A DNA stretch of 63,203 nucleotides, the filler included. It is 4 parts of 4 records of this genome, joined end to end, with 100 filler letters (N's around TTAATTAATTAA, not from the genome) between each part and the next. Parts side by side here need not be neighbours in the genome. Positions count along the whole stretch, not along the records: positions 1 to 23,684 come from SRR20825010_3565; 3 more parts are not named here. One strand, given 5' to 3'. The position numbers and the translations under genes were made by a program. The notes below the pieces were generated by a model that had not been told where the DNA came from, did not search any database, and saw only the letters and a list, made by a program, of their open reading frames with translations. Below are positions 11,184 to 22,784 of the stretch, one piece after another (position 1 is the first letter of the stretch; the number at the start of each line of letters is the position of its first letter).

Positions 11184-13301
11184 CTATATCCTCACCGTCA
11201 CGCCCAGCCACATTCGGTCTTGCTGGTAGTCATTTTCTGCAAAAACCACCGGGGCGCCATTCAACCTATGCTGAACAACCGCCCGCCATTCCAGCTCCGT
11301 GGGCCCGGCGCGGTGGCGAAAGCGAAATTGCACGTCCGCTCGCTCAAAAACGTTGTCGTTATAATCATTGGACAGATAATAGGCGGATGAAAACGCCCAA
11401 TGGGGGCTGAATTGCCAGGACCACAAGGCGCTGCCGGCATCCCGGGCGGCCAGGCGTTGCTCAGTCTTCACATTCGTCCGCGTGTGTATGTGCGAGCCGG
11501 TAACGCGGAACAGGTGCGATACATTCGGCCGCCAGGAAAGCTGGGCTTCTGTGCCCTGATGGTTCACCCGCCCGTCATTGCTCGGCTCAAACTCAAACGG
11601 ATTCAACGCCGTGCTCAACAGGTCGGTCAGGGTTTCCTGGAAATAGCGCACATCCAGCTCTACCGCAGAAAACTGCCCGTAGTAGCCCGCCTCCCAGGAA
11701 CGGATACGCTCCGGCTCGAAAGTGCCGGGGCTTTGCTGGGTCACAAAAAAGTACGCCGGCGCCCAGCCCAGCAATGCCTGAGTGTTACTGGCAAACGGTG
11801 GCGACAGGGTTTGCGCCTGAATATTGATATTGGCGCGCTCTTCATAGATATCCGGTGTGCGCAGCGCTTCGGAATACACATAACGCAGGTGATGGCCCGG
11901 CAGCACCCGCCAGTTCACGCCGGCGCGGGGACTAAAATGATCGCCGCTGATCTGGTCTCGCTCCCAATAGCCTCCCAGATTCACCGTTACCGGATCCAGA
12001 ACATCCAGTGCCAGATTGCCAAAGAACCGGTAGCTGATATTGTCTTGTGTGCCCCCGAGATAACTGTCGGACTGAACCCGGTCATGGCGAATTTCAGCAC
12101 CACTGACCAACCGTGCCCAGCGAGTCAGCTGCAGGGTGTCCTGGATTTCCAGGTCATAACGCACCTCCTGTATATCCAGCTCGCTACCAGCACAGAAAGG
12201 CGCACCCGCACCCTGCAAGGTCAGATAACGGTTAGTGGCATCAGCATCAGACGGAAAAGCGGCAAAAGTGGCCGCCATGTCACTGCCATTCTGCAGATAC
12301 AAATCCCGCAGTTCCTGACTGAAAAACAGGCCACCACCGGGCCCGGTCTGGCCGGTTACAGGGTCGAGATAACAAACCTCAAAATCGGTAATTTCCTGGT
12401 TGTACTGACCGTAAGTATGCACCTGCAGCTGGTGAGTCCGGCTAAAACTATGCTGCCATTGCAACGATACAAACGCCCGTTCGCCTTTTTGCACCGGGTC
12501 ACCCTGATACTCACCAATATCAGCCACACCTGCTTCCTGCTGGCGCTCCAGCCGACTGCGGCTGCCACCGGCCTGCACCGTGAACGTATTGCGCGCATCC
12601 GCGTCCCAGACCCACTCGGTGTTGAGCGTATCGATGCGCTTGCCATCCGGCAGGGTTTCGCCTTCGAAGGGTTCGTCATAGCCGTTATCTCCCCGACTCG
12701 ACACGGAAGCACGCAGCGCCCCGTTTTCCAGCTGGCGAACACCGACCAGATGCGCATCGCGAATACCGTTATTGCCACCCTGTACGGTCACACCGCTCTT
12801 GCTGATATCCCTGGGGTCACGGGTAATGATGTTGATCACGGCGCTAAAGGCGTTGGCCCCGTAAGCGGCCGCCGCCGGGCCACGGGTGACTTCGATGCGC
12901 TCTACGTCACGAATATCCACCGGCATGGCGTTCCAGCTCACTCGGGACAAGCCCGGTTGATACTGGCTACGACCATCGAGCAGCACCAACATGCGCCGTT
13001 GATCACGGGCCTGGGTGGGGTGGTAGGCCACCGAAGGGACATTGCCATCCACTTTCACGGCGGTCATGCCCGGGACCAGCTTCAGCACTTCATACAGCTC
13101 GCGGGCACCGCTGGCTTCGATCAGAGTGCGGTCGATAACGGTAACGCTGGCGGGGGCTTCAGACTGGGGCTGGCTGACACGGGCAGGGGTCAGCACCATG
13201 GCGGGCTGCTGGGCCGGTTCCATCATTGGTTCTATCGCTTGCGCAGACGCGCAAAACACGCCTAAGTAACCGGCTGCTCCCCAATACCCCCAGCGTTTGA
13301 T
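11184..13301 (-). CDS. TonB-dependent receptor (probable ATC start at 13301; ORF track starts at GTG 13259)
   Basis: Plug motifs ASVTVIDR and VERIEVTRGPAAAAYGANAFSAVINIIT; C-terminal WLGVTVRI strand; in-frame upstream signal peptide and GGAGG. Confidence 0.9.
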   Translation of the reverse strand: MKRWGYWGAAGYLGVFCASAQAIEPMMEPAQQPAMVLTPARVSQPQSEAPASVTVIDRTLIEASGARELYEVLKLVPGMTAVKVDGNVPSVAYHPTQARDQRRMLVLLDGRSQYQPGLSRVSWNAMPVDIRDVERIEVTRGPAAAAYGANAFSAVINIITRDPRDISKSGVTVQGGNNGIRDAHLVGVRQLENGALRASVSSRGDNGYDEPFEGETLPDGKRIDTLNTEWVWDADARNTFTVQAGGSRSRLERQQEAGVADIGEYQGDPVQKGERAFVSLQWQHSFSRTHQLQVHTYGQYNQEITDFEVCYLDPVTGQTGPGGGLFFSQELRDLYLQNGSDMAATFAAFPSDADATNRYLTLQGAGAPFCAGSELDIQEVRYDLEIQDTLQLTRWARLVSGAEIRHDRVQSDSYLGGTQDNISYRFFGNLALDVLDPVTVNLGGYWERDQISGDHFSPRAGVNWRVLPGHHLRYVYSEALRTPDIYEERANINIQAQTLSPPFASNTQALLGWAPAYFFVTQQSPGTFEPERIRSWEAGYYGQFSAVELDVRYFQETLTDLLSTALNPFEFEPSNDGRVNHQGTEAQLSWRPNVSHLFRVTGSHIHTRTNVKTEQRLAARDAGSALWSWQFSPHWAFSSAYYLSNDYNDNVFERADVQFRFRHRAGPTELEWRAVVQHRLNGAPVVFAENDYQQDRMWLGVTVRI

Positions 13302-13354
13302 GACTCACCCTCCGTGTTGCCGCCCCGGTCCCCTTCCTTGTTCAGCGAGGCGGA

Positions 13355-14770
13355 TTATTTTTTCATTCGCTTGATCATCCGTTTGCGCTTATGCACCTGT
13401 CGGTCGGTGAGCACATTTTTGCGCCCTTCATACGGATTCGTACCAGACTTGAATTCCAGCCGGATCGGCGTGCCTTCCAGTTTCAGCAGCTCACGGAAGC
13501 GGTTCTCCAGAAACTTCTTGTAGCTGGCTGGCAGGGCTTCCGTGCGATTGCCATGCAACACCAGTGTCGGCGGATTGTTGCCGCCCAGGTGAGCATAGCG
13601 CAATTTTGCCCGGAAGCGCCCATTGCGGGGCGGCGGATGACCATTGGTGATTTCTTCCATCATGCGGGTCAGCTCGTTGGTGCCGATCTTGATAAAGGCG
13701 CTGTCCCAGGCCTGTTCCACCATGCCCCAGAGGTCCCCCACCCCGGTGCCATGCAGCGCAGAAATAAACTTGATCTTCACCCAGGGGGCGAATTCCAAGC
13801 GCCGACCCAGGTTCACCCGTACCCGCTCTTTATGGTCCGCTTCCAGGCCATCCCACTTGTTCACGGCGATCATCAGGGCCCGGCCACTGTCCAGGGCATA
13901 GCCCAGCAGATGCAGGTCCTGATCGGTAATGCCTTCGCGGGCATCGATCACCACGACGACCACCTGGGCCGCTTCCATGGCCTGCAGCGCCTTGATCACG
14001 GAAAATTTCTCGACCATTTCGTAGACTTTCCCGCGGCGGCGCACCCCCGCGGTGTCGATCAGGGTATAGGCCCGGCCCATGCGCTCGAATGGCACTTCAA
14101 TGGAGTCCCGCGTGGTCCCGGCATGGTCGAACACCACCACCCGTTCTTCGCCGAGCATGCGGTTGATCAGGGTGGATTTGCCCACATTGGGGCGCCCCAG
14201 TACGGCCACACGAATGCTGTCTTCGCCGGGCTTCTTGGAAGTGCGATGCTCGCCTTCCGGCAGCAGCTCCAGATCGGTAAAGCCTTCCAGAATATGCTCG
14301 ATCATGCTGGTCACACCGCGACCATGGGCCGCCGCGATCGGCAGCACCTCGGTAAGACCCAGCGCAAAAAACTCGGACATGGCCGAATCCGCATCCACCC
14401 CATCGGTCTTGTTGACGATCAGGTAAGTGGGCTTGGGCAGCTTGCGCAACTCGCTGGCAATCTGCTCATCGGCGGCGGTCAGGCCCGCGCGGCCATCCAC
14501 CATAAACAACACCACATCAGCTTCGCCCACGGCCTGCAGGGATTGGCTGGTCATCGGCACGTCGATGCCGTCATCGTTCTCGCCGATACCGCCGGTATCC
14601 ACCACCGTGTACAAATAGCCGCCCAGCTGGCCATCCCCGTATTTACGGTCACGGGTAAGCCCCGGGAAATCGGCCACCAGGGCGTCCCGGGTACGGGTCA
14701 GTCGGTTGAAGAGTGTGGATTTGCCCACATTGGGCCGCCCCACCAGGGCGATTACCGGCTTCATAGTCAT
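13355..14770 (-). CDS. der: Ribosome biogenesis GTPase Der
   Basis: Two GRPNVGKS G-domains, DTGG/DTAG, NKTD/NKWD. Confidence 0.99.
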   Translation of the reverse strand: MTMKPVIALVGRPNVGKSTLFNRLTRTRDALVADFPGLTRDRKYGDGQLGGYLYTVVDTGGIGENDDGIDVPMTSQSLQAVGEADVVLFMVDGRAGLTAADEQIASELRKLPKPTYLIVNKTDGVDADSAMSEFFALGLTEVLPIAAAHGRGVTSMIEHILEGFTDLELLPEGEHRTSKKPGEDSIRVAVLGRPNVGKSTLINRMLGEERVVVFDHAGTTRDSIEVPFERMGRAYTLIDTAGVRRRGKVYEMVEKFSVIKALQAMEAAQVVVVVIDAREGITDQDLHLLGYALDSGRALMIAVNKWDGLEADHKERVRVNLGRRLEFAPWVKIKFISALHGTGVGDLWGMVEQAWDSAFIKIGTNELTRMMEEITNGHPPPRNGRFRAKLRYAHLGGNNPPTLVLHGNRTEALPASYKKFLENRFRELLKLEGTPIRLEFKSGTNPYEGRKNVLTDRQVHKRKRMIKRMKK

Positions 14771-14820
14771 CTCAACGAGGTTTCAACGGCGCTATGGTAA
14801 CGCCAAAGGGGGATTCAAAC

Positions 14821-14850
14821 GAAAAAATCTGCGCGGGGCGCAGATTTTTC
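14821..14850. terminator. Hairpin terminator between bamB and der
   Basis: AAAAATCTGCGC-GGG-GCGCAGATTTTT. Confidence 0.65.
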
Positions 14851-14872
14851 AGGCATCGAGAAACCGGACCGG

Positions 14873-16015
14873 TTATTTGGGGCGTACCGTGTAGGCCGCC
14901 AGTTTGCCGTCGTAACTCAACACATAAAGGGTGTCTTCATAGCTGACCGGGGTGCCCGCAAAGCCGTCACCGTCGTGCTTCTTACGAGCCACCAAGGTGC
15001 CGTCATCCGCATCCATCCAGTGCAGGTAACCTTCAAAATCACCCACCACCATCAGGTCGCCCTGCACGGCAGTGCCGGTCAGCCGGCGGCCGTACAGCTT
15101 GTCCTGCTGCCAGAGCACGCTACCGGTGCGCTGGTCCACAGACCGCACCACACCCACATCATCCGCCACAAACAAGCGGCCACCGCTGGCACTGATTACC
15201 TGGGCACTGGACATTTCCTTGCCCCAGTACTGGCGACCATTGATCTGGTCCGCCACGGCAACCTTGCCCTGGAAAGCCACGGCGAAAACCCCGCCACCTT
15301 CCACAATCATGTTGCCATCCACATCGGTAAGACGATCCAGCTCGGAGCGGCCAGTGGGTTCGGCAATGCGCTGCTCCCAGGCCGGCACGCCAGTCTCAGC
15401 GTCCAGGGCCGCCAGTTTGGCATTGGCAAAACCGGCATACACACGCCCATCCGCAATGGCAGGCTGGGCCAGGCCACGCAGGGTCAGGGTGGGCACCGGG
15501 GTTTCATAATCCCACACCTGATCGCCCGTGCTGGCATCCAGTGCCGTCACATGGCCATCCTGAGTCTGGAATACGGCGATGGTGCCGTTGCTGTTGGGAA
15601 TCGCCAGCGCTTCACCGGAAAGCTGGGTACGCCACAGCTCTTCGCCACTTTCCATGGACAGGGCCACGGCCATCCCTTCACGGGTGCCGTAGAGCACCAT
15701 GCCGTAACCGGCGTAAAAACCACCGCCGATACGGTCTTCGGTTTTCACCCGCCACTGGCGTTTGCCCTTGTCACGGCTGATGGCATACACCTCACCGAAC
15801 ACATCACCGGCAAATACCTGTTGCTGGGTAACGGCCGGGCGCAGGGTCAGCTGGCTGTCTTCCACCCCATCGCCAACACCTTCTTTCCAGAGCCGTTTTA
15901 CCTTGTAGCTGGCATCAAAATCCGGCAGGTCATTGGGCTCAATGGCATTTGGGTTGGAGCTACAACCGGCCAGCAGCATGCTGGCCAGTACGAGGGGGAG
16001 AAGGAAATATTTCAT
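14873..16015 (-). CDS. bamB: Outer membrane assembly lipoprotein BamB
   Basis: Lipobox LLAGC, PQQ-like propeller repeats, synteny with yfgM and der. Confidence 0.95.
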   Translation of the reverse strand: MKYFLLPLVLASMLLAGCSSNPNAIEPNDLPDFDASYKVKRLWKEGVGDGVEDSQLTLRPAVTQQQVFAGDVFGEVYAISRDKGKRQWRVKTEDRIGGGFYAGYGMVLYGTREGMAVALSMESGEELWRTQLSGEALAIPNSNGTIAVFQTQDGHVTALDASTGDQVWDYETPVPTLTLRGLAQPAIADGRVYAGFANAKLAALDAETGVPAWEQRIAEPTGRSELDRLTDVDGNMIVEGGGVFAVAFQGKVAVADQINGRQYWGKEMSSAQVISASGGRLFVADDVGVVRSVDQRTGSVLWQQDKLYGRRLTGTAVQGDLMVVGDFEGYLHWMDADDGTLVARKKHDGDGFAGTPVSYEDTLYVLSYDGKLAAYTVRPK

Positions 16016-16651
16016 TTAGCTCTTCAGGTCATCCAGTTTCATCTGCACACGGTCTTTTTCACCGTTGTCCTGCAGGGTTTCCAACGCCTGGGTATACGCC
16101 TCTGTGGCGGCCTGCTGGTCGTCACGGGCTTTTGCCAGGTCGCCACGCAGCTCCAGAGCCATGCCGTTAAAGGCAGCCGGGAAGCTGTGATCCAGCTCGG
16201 TGGCAGCTTTGTCGTAGGCCTGCTGCTGCAGCAACACACGCACCAGACGCAGACGTGCGGTGTAAGTCAGCGCATCGGTGGCGCCATCGTCAGCCACACC
16301 TTGCAGCAGGGAAGCGGCTTTATCGTACTCCCCCGCTTGTACCGCCAAACGCGCTTGGGCCAGGCTGGCATAGTCCGCATAGGCACTGCCGGGGAAATCG
16401 TCTTTCAGGGCTTCAGCCTGTTTGTTCACTGCCGCTTCATCCACTTGCTGTGCGGTCAGCGCTTCCACCATCACCTGATACTGCTTGGAAGCTTCGGAGG
16501 ACTGCTCGCCTTGGTGGCCCTGCCACTCACGCCAGCCAATCAGGGCTGCCACGGCCAGTACCACGGTAATAATCGCGGCGGTGCCGTTCTTCTGCCACCA
16601 CTCTTTAAGCAGCTCCGCCTGTTCGTCTTCATCGCGCATGTAATCTGCCAC
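16016..16651 (-). CDS. yfgM: YfgM-family TPR protein
   Basis: EQAELLKEWWQKNG, single TM, ELRGDL; position between hisS and bamB. Confidence 0.92.
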   Translation of the reverse strand: MADYMRDEDEQAELLKEWWQKNGTAAIITVVLAVAALIGWREWQGHQGEQSSEASKQYQVMVEALTAQQVDEAAVNKQAEALKDDFPGSAYADYASLAQARLAVQAGEYDKAASLLQGVADDGATDALTYTARLRLVRVLLQQQAYDKAATELDHSFPAAFNGMALELRGDLAKARDDQQAATEAYTQALETLQDNGEKDRVQMKLDDLKS

Positions 16652-16668
16652 CCTGCTCTCCTTTCTTA

Positions 16669-17943
16669 TTAATTGTCCGCCAGGAGCGCTACCAGCTCAC
16701 TGGCAACCTGATCCCGGGATACTTGCTGCTGCTCGGCCTGGCCGCGCAGGGGTTTGACCATAACACTGTTACTGGCCAGTTCATCCTCGCCGATAATCAA
16801 GGCCACCGCAGCACCGCTGCGATCGGCTTTTTTCATCTGGCTTTTGAAGCTGCCACCACCGCAGTGCAACTGGATTGCACGGCCGGGCAAAGCATCGCGA
16901 AGCTGTTCGGACAATGCCATGGTGGACGCCAATACATCCCCCATGGCCATCACATAGACGTCCACTGGCGCCGACAGTTCCGGTTTTTCCTGCTCAATAA
17001 GCAAAATCAGCCGCTCGACCCCCATAGCAAAGCCCACTGCCGGGGTTGGTTTACCGCCCAGCTGCTCCACCAGACCGTCGTAGCGACCGCCGGCACAGAC
17101 GGTGCCCTGAGCGCCGAGGGCATCGGTGACCCACTCGAAAACGGTCTTGCCGTAATAATCCAGCCCACGCACCAGATACGGGTTCACTTTATAAGCAATG
17201 CCACTGGCATCGAGCAAGGCTTTCAGCCCTTCAAAATGGGCGACAGCCTCGTCATTCAGGTAATCGGCCAGCTGCGGCGCGTCCTTGAGCACCTCGCGGG
17301 TACCCGGGTCCTTGCTGTCCAACACGCGTAACGGACTGCGCTCCAGACGTTTCTGGGAGTCCCCATCCAGGGCATCAAAGTGTGTTTTCAGATAATCCAC
17401 CAACGCATCGCGATAGCGCGCCCGGTCCGCACTGTCACCCAGGGAGTTCAACTCCAGTGTGACCTTGTCGGCCAGGCCCAGGGCTTTCCACAGACGTGCC
17501 GTGAGCAGGATAACTTCAGCATCAATATCCGGGCCGGTCATGCCGAAGGTTTCCACCCCAATCTGGTGGAACTGGCGATAGCGGCCTGCCTGGGGGCGCT
17601 CATGACGGAACATGGGCCCGGTGTACCACAACCGCTGGGTCTGGTTGTACAACAGACCATGCTGCTCGCAAGCGCGAACGCAGCTGGCAGTGCCTTCCGG
17701 ACGCAGGGTCAAGCTGTCACCGTTGCGGTCGTCGAAGGTGTACATTTCTTTTTCGACGATATCGGTCACTTCACCGATGCTGCGCTTGAACAAATCGGTC
17801 TGTTCCACGATCGGCATGCGGATTTCCTGATAGCCGTAGCTGGCCAGTACGGCCCCCACTTTTGCTTCCAGCCACTGCCACAGCCCCGTCTGCTCCGGCA
17901 GGATATCGTTCATCCCGCGGATGGAGGTGATTTTCTTGCTCAC
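16669..17943 (-). CDS. hisS: Histidine--tRNA ligase
   Basis: [37 protein letters not shown]. Confidence 0.99.
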   Translation of the reverse strand: MSKKITSIRGMNDILPEQTGLWQWLEAKVGAVLASYGYQEIRMPIVEQTDLFKRSIGEVTDIVEKEMYTFDDRNGDSLTLRPEGTASCVRACEQHGLLYNQTQRLWYTGPMFRHERPQAGRYRQFHQIGVETFGMTGPDIDAEVILLTARLWKALGLADKVTLELNSLGDSADRARYRDALVDYLKTHFDALDGDSQKRLERSPLRVLDSKDPGTREVLKDAPQLADYLNDEAVAHFEGLKALLDASGIAYKVNPYLVRGLDYYGKTVFEWVTDALGAQGTVCAGGRYDGLVEQLGGKPTPAVGFAMGVERLILLIEQEKPELSAPVDVYVMAMGDVLASTMALSEQLRDALPGRAIQLHCGGGSFKSQMKKADRSGAAVALIIGEDELASNSVMVKPLRGQAEQQQVSRDQVASELVALLADN

Positions 17944-17961
17944 GAAAATTCCTTAAAAACC

Positions 17962-17996
17962 CAGAACGCTGGACACCTAACGCCGGACGCTAAACC
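17962..17996. repeat. Degenerate 7-nt tandem array
   Basis: cagaacg-ctggaca-cctaacg-ccggacg-ctaaacc in the ispG-hisS spacer. Confidence 0.45.
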
Positions 17997-18021
17997 ACGC
18001 CCGACCAAGATCCCTCGCCGT

Positions 18022-19140
18022 CTATTCACTACGGGCAATAATGCCCCTCTCTTCGTCTTCGCGCTGCTTCTTGACCTTGGCGCGCACCATTCGCTCAAGC
18101 TCGTCGACCAGATCGTCAGCGGTAATGTGATGGCTTTTTTCACCGTCGCGGTAGGCCAGATTATTGGGCGTGCCGCCGGTCAGGCCCACATCCACTTCGC
18201 GGGCCTCGCCTGGGCCATTTACCAGGCAGCCAATCACGGCCAGGTCCACAGATTCGTTGATGTCTTCCAGCCGCGCTTCCAGTTCATTCACCGTCTTGAT
18301 CACATCAAAGTTCTGACGCGAGCAGCTGGGGCAGGCAATGATGTTCACGCCTTTCTTGCGCAGGTTCAGGCTTTTCAGAATATCAAAACCGACTCGAACT
18401 TCTTCCACCGGATCTGCGGCCAGAGATACACGAATGGTGTCGCCAATACCTTCCATCAACAGCGAGCCCAATGCCACCGCGGATTTCACCGTGCCGGAAC
18501 GGAACGTGCCTGCTTCGGTAACCCCCAGATGCAGCGGCTGTTCCAGTTGAGAAGACAGCTTGCGATAGGCCTGTAGCGTCATGAACACATTGGAGGCCTT
18601 GACGCTGACCTTGAAATTCTGGAAATCGTAACGGTCGAGAATGTCTGCATGGCGCAAGGCCGATTCCACCAGCGCATCAGAGGTGGGCTCGCCATATTTG
18701 CGTTGTAGCTCTTTTTCCAGCGAACCGGCGTTAACACCGATACGAATGGGCAACCCCTTGTCCTTGGCACACTGAATCACCGCCTTGATACGGTCTTCAC
18801 GGCCAATATTGCCGGGGTTGATACGCAGACAATCGACGCCCTGCTCGGCCACCGCCAAGGCAATCTTGTAGTCGTAATGGATGTCCGCCACCAGCGGCAC
18901 GTCCACCTGCTTGCGGATCTTGCCAAAGGCTTCGGCGGCATCCATGGACGGCACCGACACCCGCACGATATCCACACCGGCATCCTGTAAACGGCGGATC
19001 TGGCCAACGGTGGCGTCTACATCACAGGTTTCGGTATTGGTCATGCTTTGTACGGAGATCGGGGCATCGCCACCGACAGGGACATTGCCCACCATGACTT
19101 GGCGGGTTTTACGACGTTGGATTTTAACTTCCGGTTCCAT
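18022..19140 (-). CDS. ispG: HMBPP synthase
   Basis: [38 protein letters not shown]. Confidence 0.99.
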   Translation of the reverse strand: MEPEVKIQRRKTRQVMVGNVPVGGDAPISVQSMTNTETCDVDATVGQIRRLQDAGVDIVRVSVPSMDAAEAFGKIRKQVDVPLVADIHYDYKIALAVAEQGVDCLRINPGNIGREDRIKAVIQCAKDKGLPIRIGVNAGSLEKELQRKYGEPTSDALVESALRHADILDRYDFQNFKVSVKASNVFMTLQAYRKLSSQLEQPLHLGVTEAGTFRSGTVKSAVALGSLLMEGIGDTIRVSLAADPVEEVRVGFDILKSLNLRKKGVNIIACPSCSRQNFDVIKTVNELEARLEDINESVDLAVIGCLVNGPGEAREVDVGLTGGTPNNLAYRDGEKSHHITADDLVDELERMVRAKVKKQREDEERGIIARSE

Positions 19141-19161
19141 GGTGTTTTCTACCCTCGCGAA

Positions 19162-20067
19162 TCAGGGAGCGGAGATTCGCACAACTTTACCGGGGGAATC
19201 CGTCGGTAAGGTGACAGCAGTGCCGTTAACCAGCAACTCGTCTACCGCACCGGCGTTACCGAGAGTCAGGCTGAACGGCGCTTCGCCATCCAGCATCAGG
19301 GATGCGCCACCGGATTGCTCGCCCTGGCGCAGGGTGCGCCCGGTGGCATCCGTAACCTTGATCCAGCAATTGCTGGTGAAACTGAGCAGCAGGCGGTCCA
19401 GACCGTTGGCTGCAAGCATGGACGAACCGTCATCAGCCTGCTCGGCCTGGCTGCCCTCAGCCTGGGTATCGCTGGCGGCGCTGGCATCAGTCTCATCGTC
19501 CTGCATACCGTCGCCAGTGATCCCTTCGCCGTCAAGCTCCGCGCCACCCGGGGCGCTATCGGAGCCCATGCCATCGAACCCGCCAACAGTGTCTTCAGCA
19601 GGCTGGCCACCGGCACTGTCATTCATGTTCTCCGGCTCAGCGCCTTGCTCTGTCGCCGGTGTTTTTTCCGGCAGCGCAGGCAATTCGCCACTGGCAGGCC
19701 AGAACGCCCACAGCAGCGCAACCAGTGCCGCCAGCGCCAGTGCGATCAGCACCGGTTTGCGCCAGACCGAAGGTGGCGGCGCAATGGACGGCAACTGCAG
19801 CGGCTTATCCAGCACATCGTCGTTGACCATCTGCTGAAACGTATTGGCAATTTCATCCGCCGGCAGCCCGAGAAGACGCGCGTAGTTACGCAGGTAACCT
19901 TTCACGAAGGTCGCCTCCGGCAAGCGCTCATAATCGTCCGCATCCAGGCTTTGCACATAGGTCAGCGACAAGTGCAAACGCTGGGCCGCCTGTGCCTGGG
20001 TCATACCTTGGGCTTCACGGGCTTTGCGACAACGTTCGCCGGGTAAGACCACCATGTCATCGCTCAT
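19162..20067 (-). CDS. rodZ: RodZ-family protein
   Basis: N-terminal HTH (FVKGYLRNYARLLGL), TM, acidic linker, C-terminal DUF4115-like domain. Confidence 0.9.
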   Translation of the reverse strand: MSDDMVVLPGERCRKAREAQGMTQAQAAQRLHLSLTYVQSLDADDYERLPEATFVKGYLRNYARLLGLPADEIANTFQQMVNDDVLDKPLQLPSIAPPPSVWRKPVLIALALAALVALLWAFWPASGELPALPEKTPATEQGAEPENMNDSAGGQPAEDTVGGFDGMGSDSAPGGAELDGEGITGDGMQDDETDASAASDTQAEGSQAEQADDGSSMLAANGLDRLLLSFTSNCWIKVTDATGRTLRQGEQSGGASLMLDGEAPFSLTLGNAGAVDELLVNGTAVTLPTDSPGKVVRISAP

Positions 20068-20849
20068 TGCTGCGCTCCTTTTTCTTGCTCAGCTTTCCAT
20101 TCCTGCCACTGACGGTACTCGCCAGAACGGCGGTACAAATTATCCAGCGCCAGCTCATAGCTGGATTGCTGGTTGCGGTAGCCCAATGAATTGGACAGTT
20201 GAATCCCCAGCCACAGGGCCCGGGCACTCTGACGACCGGTACGCTGCACATATTGCTGGTAATAATCCCAGGCAAGACGGCCACGGTCTTCATCAAAATA
20301 CAGTTGCGCCAGTTCCAGGCTAGGCTGAACGGAACGCGGGTTCAGACGCAGCGCTTTCACATAAGCACTACGTGCATCCTCATCGTTACCCAGCTTCTGA
20401 TAACAACGCCCCATGTTTTCCCAGGCGCTGCCGCGACCTTCATAGGACGGGTCATTGGCGGCTCTTTTGAAATGCTTGAGTGCTTCCTGATACTCGCCAC
20501 GGGCGTAAAGCAAGGTACCGTAGTTGTTCAATGCCGGGGAGTAATGGCGATCCGCATCCAGCGCCTTGCGGTAGTGATATTCTTCCTTGGTGGGGTCCTG
20601 CTCATACTTGTAAAGCAGCGCCATGGCATTGTGTGCGACGGCACTGTCATCATCCAGGCTCAACGCGCGGGAGAAATGACGCCGCGCTTCCGACGGGCTG
20701 CCCTGCTGCAGGTACTGCAAGCCGGCAGCCACACGGCTATTCACCGCTTCATCCACTTTTACCTGTGGCCCATCGTCCACCGTCACACACCCGGCGGCAA
20801 AAAATCCTGCAAGAAGCAGGATAGAAATAACCTGAAAAAAACGTCTCAT
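20064..20849 (-). CDS. pilW: Type IV pilus pilotin PilW/PilF (TPR lipoprotein)
   Basis: Lipobox AAGC, TPR repeats (NNYGTLL, ENMGRC), synteny rlmN-pilW-rodZ. Confidence 0.92.
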   Translation of the reverse strand: MRRFFQVISILLLAGFFAAGCVTVDDGPQVKVDEAVNSRVAAGLQYLQQGSPSEARRHFSRALSLDDDSAVAHNAMALLYKYEQDPTKEEYHYRKALDADRHYSPALNNYGTLLYARGEYQEALKHFKRAANDPSYEGRGSAWENMGRCYQKLGNDEDARSAYVKALRLNPRSVQPSLELAQLYFDEDRGRLAWDYYQQYVQRTGRQSARALWLGIQLSNSLGYRNQQSSYELALDNLYRRSGEYRQWQEWKAEQEKGAQQ

Positions 20850-21991
20850 TAGGTCTGCGCTGTGTTGTTATCGGTTTGTTCGGCGCGGTGAAAAATGGAT
20901 TCCTTCCAGCGCTCACTGCGCCGGGTGCGATCCTTCACCTGCCCCACTAGCTGACCACAAGCGGCATCAATATCATCGCCGCGCGTTGTCCTGACCGTGG
21001 TCATTACTCCATTGTCATTCAGGTACTTGTGGAACTCCAAAATATCGTTCTTGCGTGACCGCTCATAACCGGCATGCGGAAAGGGATTAAACGGAATCAG
21101 ATTAACCTTCACGGGAATGCCGTTAAGCAATTTAACTAGTTGGCGGGCATGTTCTGGTTTGTCGTTCACATCCCGCAACATCACATATTCCATGGTGATG
21201 GTGTTATGGCGGTGGGTAATATTCTTGCTGTAACTCTTGCACGCCGCCATCAGGTCCTTGAGCGGATACTTGCGATTGAGCGGCACCAGTTGATTGCGCA
21301 GTTCATCGTTGGGTGCGTGCAAGCTCACCGCCAGCGACACATCCAGATCCTCGCTGAGCTGATTCATTTTCGGAATCACCCCGGACGTGGACACGGTGAT
21401 GCGCTTTTTACCAATGCCGTAACCCAGATCATCTTTCATGATCCGCATGGCCGTAAGCACCTTGTCGTAATTCAGCAGGGGCTCGCCCATGCCCATCATC
21501 ACCACATTGGTAATCGGGTGCTGACCCAGGTTACGGCGCGGGCCGAAAGCGCGGCTGGCCTGCCACACCTGACCAATAATCTCGGCGCTGGTCATGTCGC
21601 GCTGAAACCCCTGCTTGCCGGTGGAACAGAAGCTGCAATCCACTGCACAGCCCACCTGGGACGACACACACAGGGTGCCGCGACGACCATCGGGAATAAA
21701 TACGGTTTCCACGGCACCGCCGTTATCCATTTCAAACACCCATTTACGGGTGCCATCGCGGCTAATGCTCTCGTGGGTCACCTTCGGGCCGCGGATTTCC
21801 GCCACCTCGGATAATTTCTGGCGCAATGCCTTACCCACATCGGTCATTTGCTCGAACGAATCCGCCTGGTGGTGATGGATCCATTTGAGCACCTGCTGGG
21901 CACGGAACTTCTTCTCCCCCATGGTCAGGAAGAATTCTTCCATTTGCGGGCGAGAAAGGCCGAGCAGATTTACCTTCTGTTGGGCAGTCAT
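20849..21991 (-). CDS. rlmN: Dual-specificity RNA methyltransferase RlmN
   Basis: [30 protein letters not shown] at 21991 with GGAG RBS. Confidence 0.98.
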   Translation of the reverse strand: MTAQQKVNLLGLSRPQMEEFFLTMGEKKFRAQQVLKWIHHHQADSFEQMTDVGKALRQKLSEVAEIRGPKVTHESISRDGTRKWVFEMDNGGAVETVFIPDGRRGTLCVSSQVGCAVDCSFCSTGKQGFQRDMTSAEIIGQVWQASRAFGPRRNLGQHPITNVVMMGMGEPLLNYDKVLTAMRIMKDDLGYGIGKKRITVSTSGVIPKMNQLSEDLDVSLAVSLHAPNDELRNQLVPLNRKYPLKDLMAACKSYSKNITHRHNTITMEYVMLRDVNDKPEHARQLVKLLNGIPVKVNLIPFNPFPHAGYERSRKNDILEFHKYLNDNGVMTTVRTTRGDDIDAACGQLVGQVKDRTRRSERWKESIFHRAEQTDNNTAQT

Positions 21992-22028
21992 AGCATTCTC
22001 CAATAGGAAACCGGGTTTCCTTTAAACG

Positions 22029-22055
22029 CCAGCCACGGCCCGGGGCCGTGGCTGG
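22029..22055 (-). terminator. Perfect 12-bp hairpin after ndk
   Basis: CCAGCCACGGCC-CGG-GGCCGTGGCTGG; only a short T run. Confidence 0.5.
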
Positions 22056-22074
22056 TATTGCACGCAAGCTGAAA

Positions 22075-22506
22075 TTAGCTGGCGCGCGGGCACAGTTCTT
22101 CGTCAGAGAAGAAGTAGGCCAGTTCGCGTGCGGCAGATTCAGTGGAGTCAGAACCATGGACCGCGTTTGCGTCGATTGTTTCCGCAAAATCTGCACGAAT
22201 AGTGCCGGCTTCCGCTTCTTTCGGGTTGGTAGCCCCCATCAGGTCACGGTTTTTGGCAACCGCATCTTCACCTTCCAGCACCTGTACAACGACAGGACCG
22301 CTGGTCATGAAACCGACCAGATCCTTGAAGAAAGGACGCTCTTTGTGCTCAGCGTAGAAGCCGCCCGCCTTTTCGTCGCTCAGGTGTACCATTTTCATGG
22401 CAACCACGCTCAGGCCAGCCTTCTCGAAACGGGTAACGATTTCGCCGATCACGTTCTTGGCCACGGCATCAGGCTTGATGATAGAGAGTGTGCGCTCAAC
22501 AGCCAT
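22075..22506 (-). CDS. ndk: Nucleoside diphosphate kinase
   Basis: [20 protein letters not shown]. Confidence 0.99.
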   Translation of the reverse strand: MAVERTLSIIKPDAVAKNVIGEIVTRFEKAGLSVVAMKMVHLSDEKAGGFYAEHKERPFFKDLVGFMTSGPVVVQVLEGEDAVAKNRDLMGATNPKEAEAGTIRADFAETIDANAVHGSDSTESAARELAYFFSDEELCPRAS

Positions 22507-22755
22507 CAGTCAGTTCACTCCAGATTTGCGTTAAATGGTCCTCGGGAACAGCAAAGGCTGTCCGGGGCAATGACAGGGGTGATCGCTGGCCGGTCAAAGC
22601 CGCCAGTTTCACCACCCCTTGGAACCGGCGGATTATACGCAAGCGGGGCGAATTATGATACCGTTGCCGCCCCGTCGGAGACGCCCAGGTCCTGCTGTTG
22701 CCGGGGGCGTCCATTTTCTTCCTCGCCCCCTATTCGACAGCGCCCTGTAATGGCG

Positions 22756-22784
22756 TATAATACCCGACTAAATTACTCTGGTAT
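22756..22784 (+). promoter_or_regulatory. TATAAT -10 overlapped by an IscR type-1-like box
   Basis: ATACCCGACTAAATTACTCTGGTAT (22760-22784) resembles the IscR type-1 consensus ATA..GACT....AGTC...TAT and lies upstream of an Fe-S assembly gene. Confidence 0.7.
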
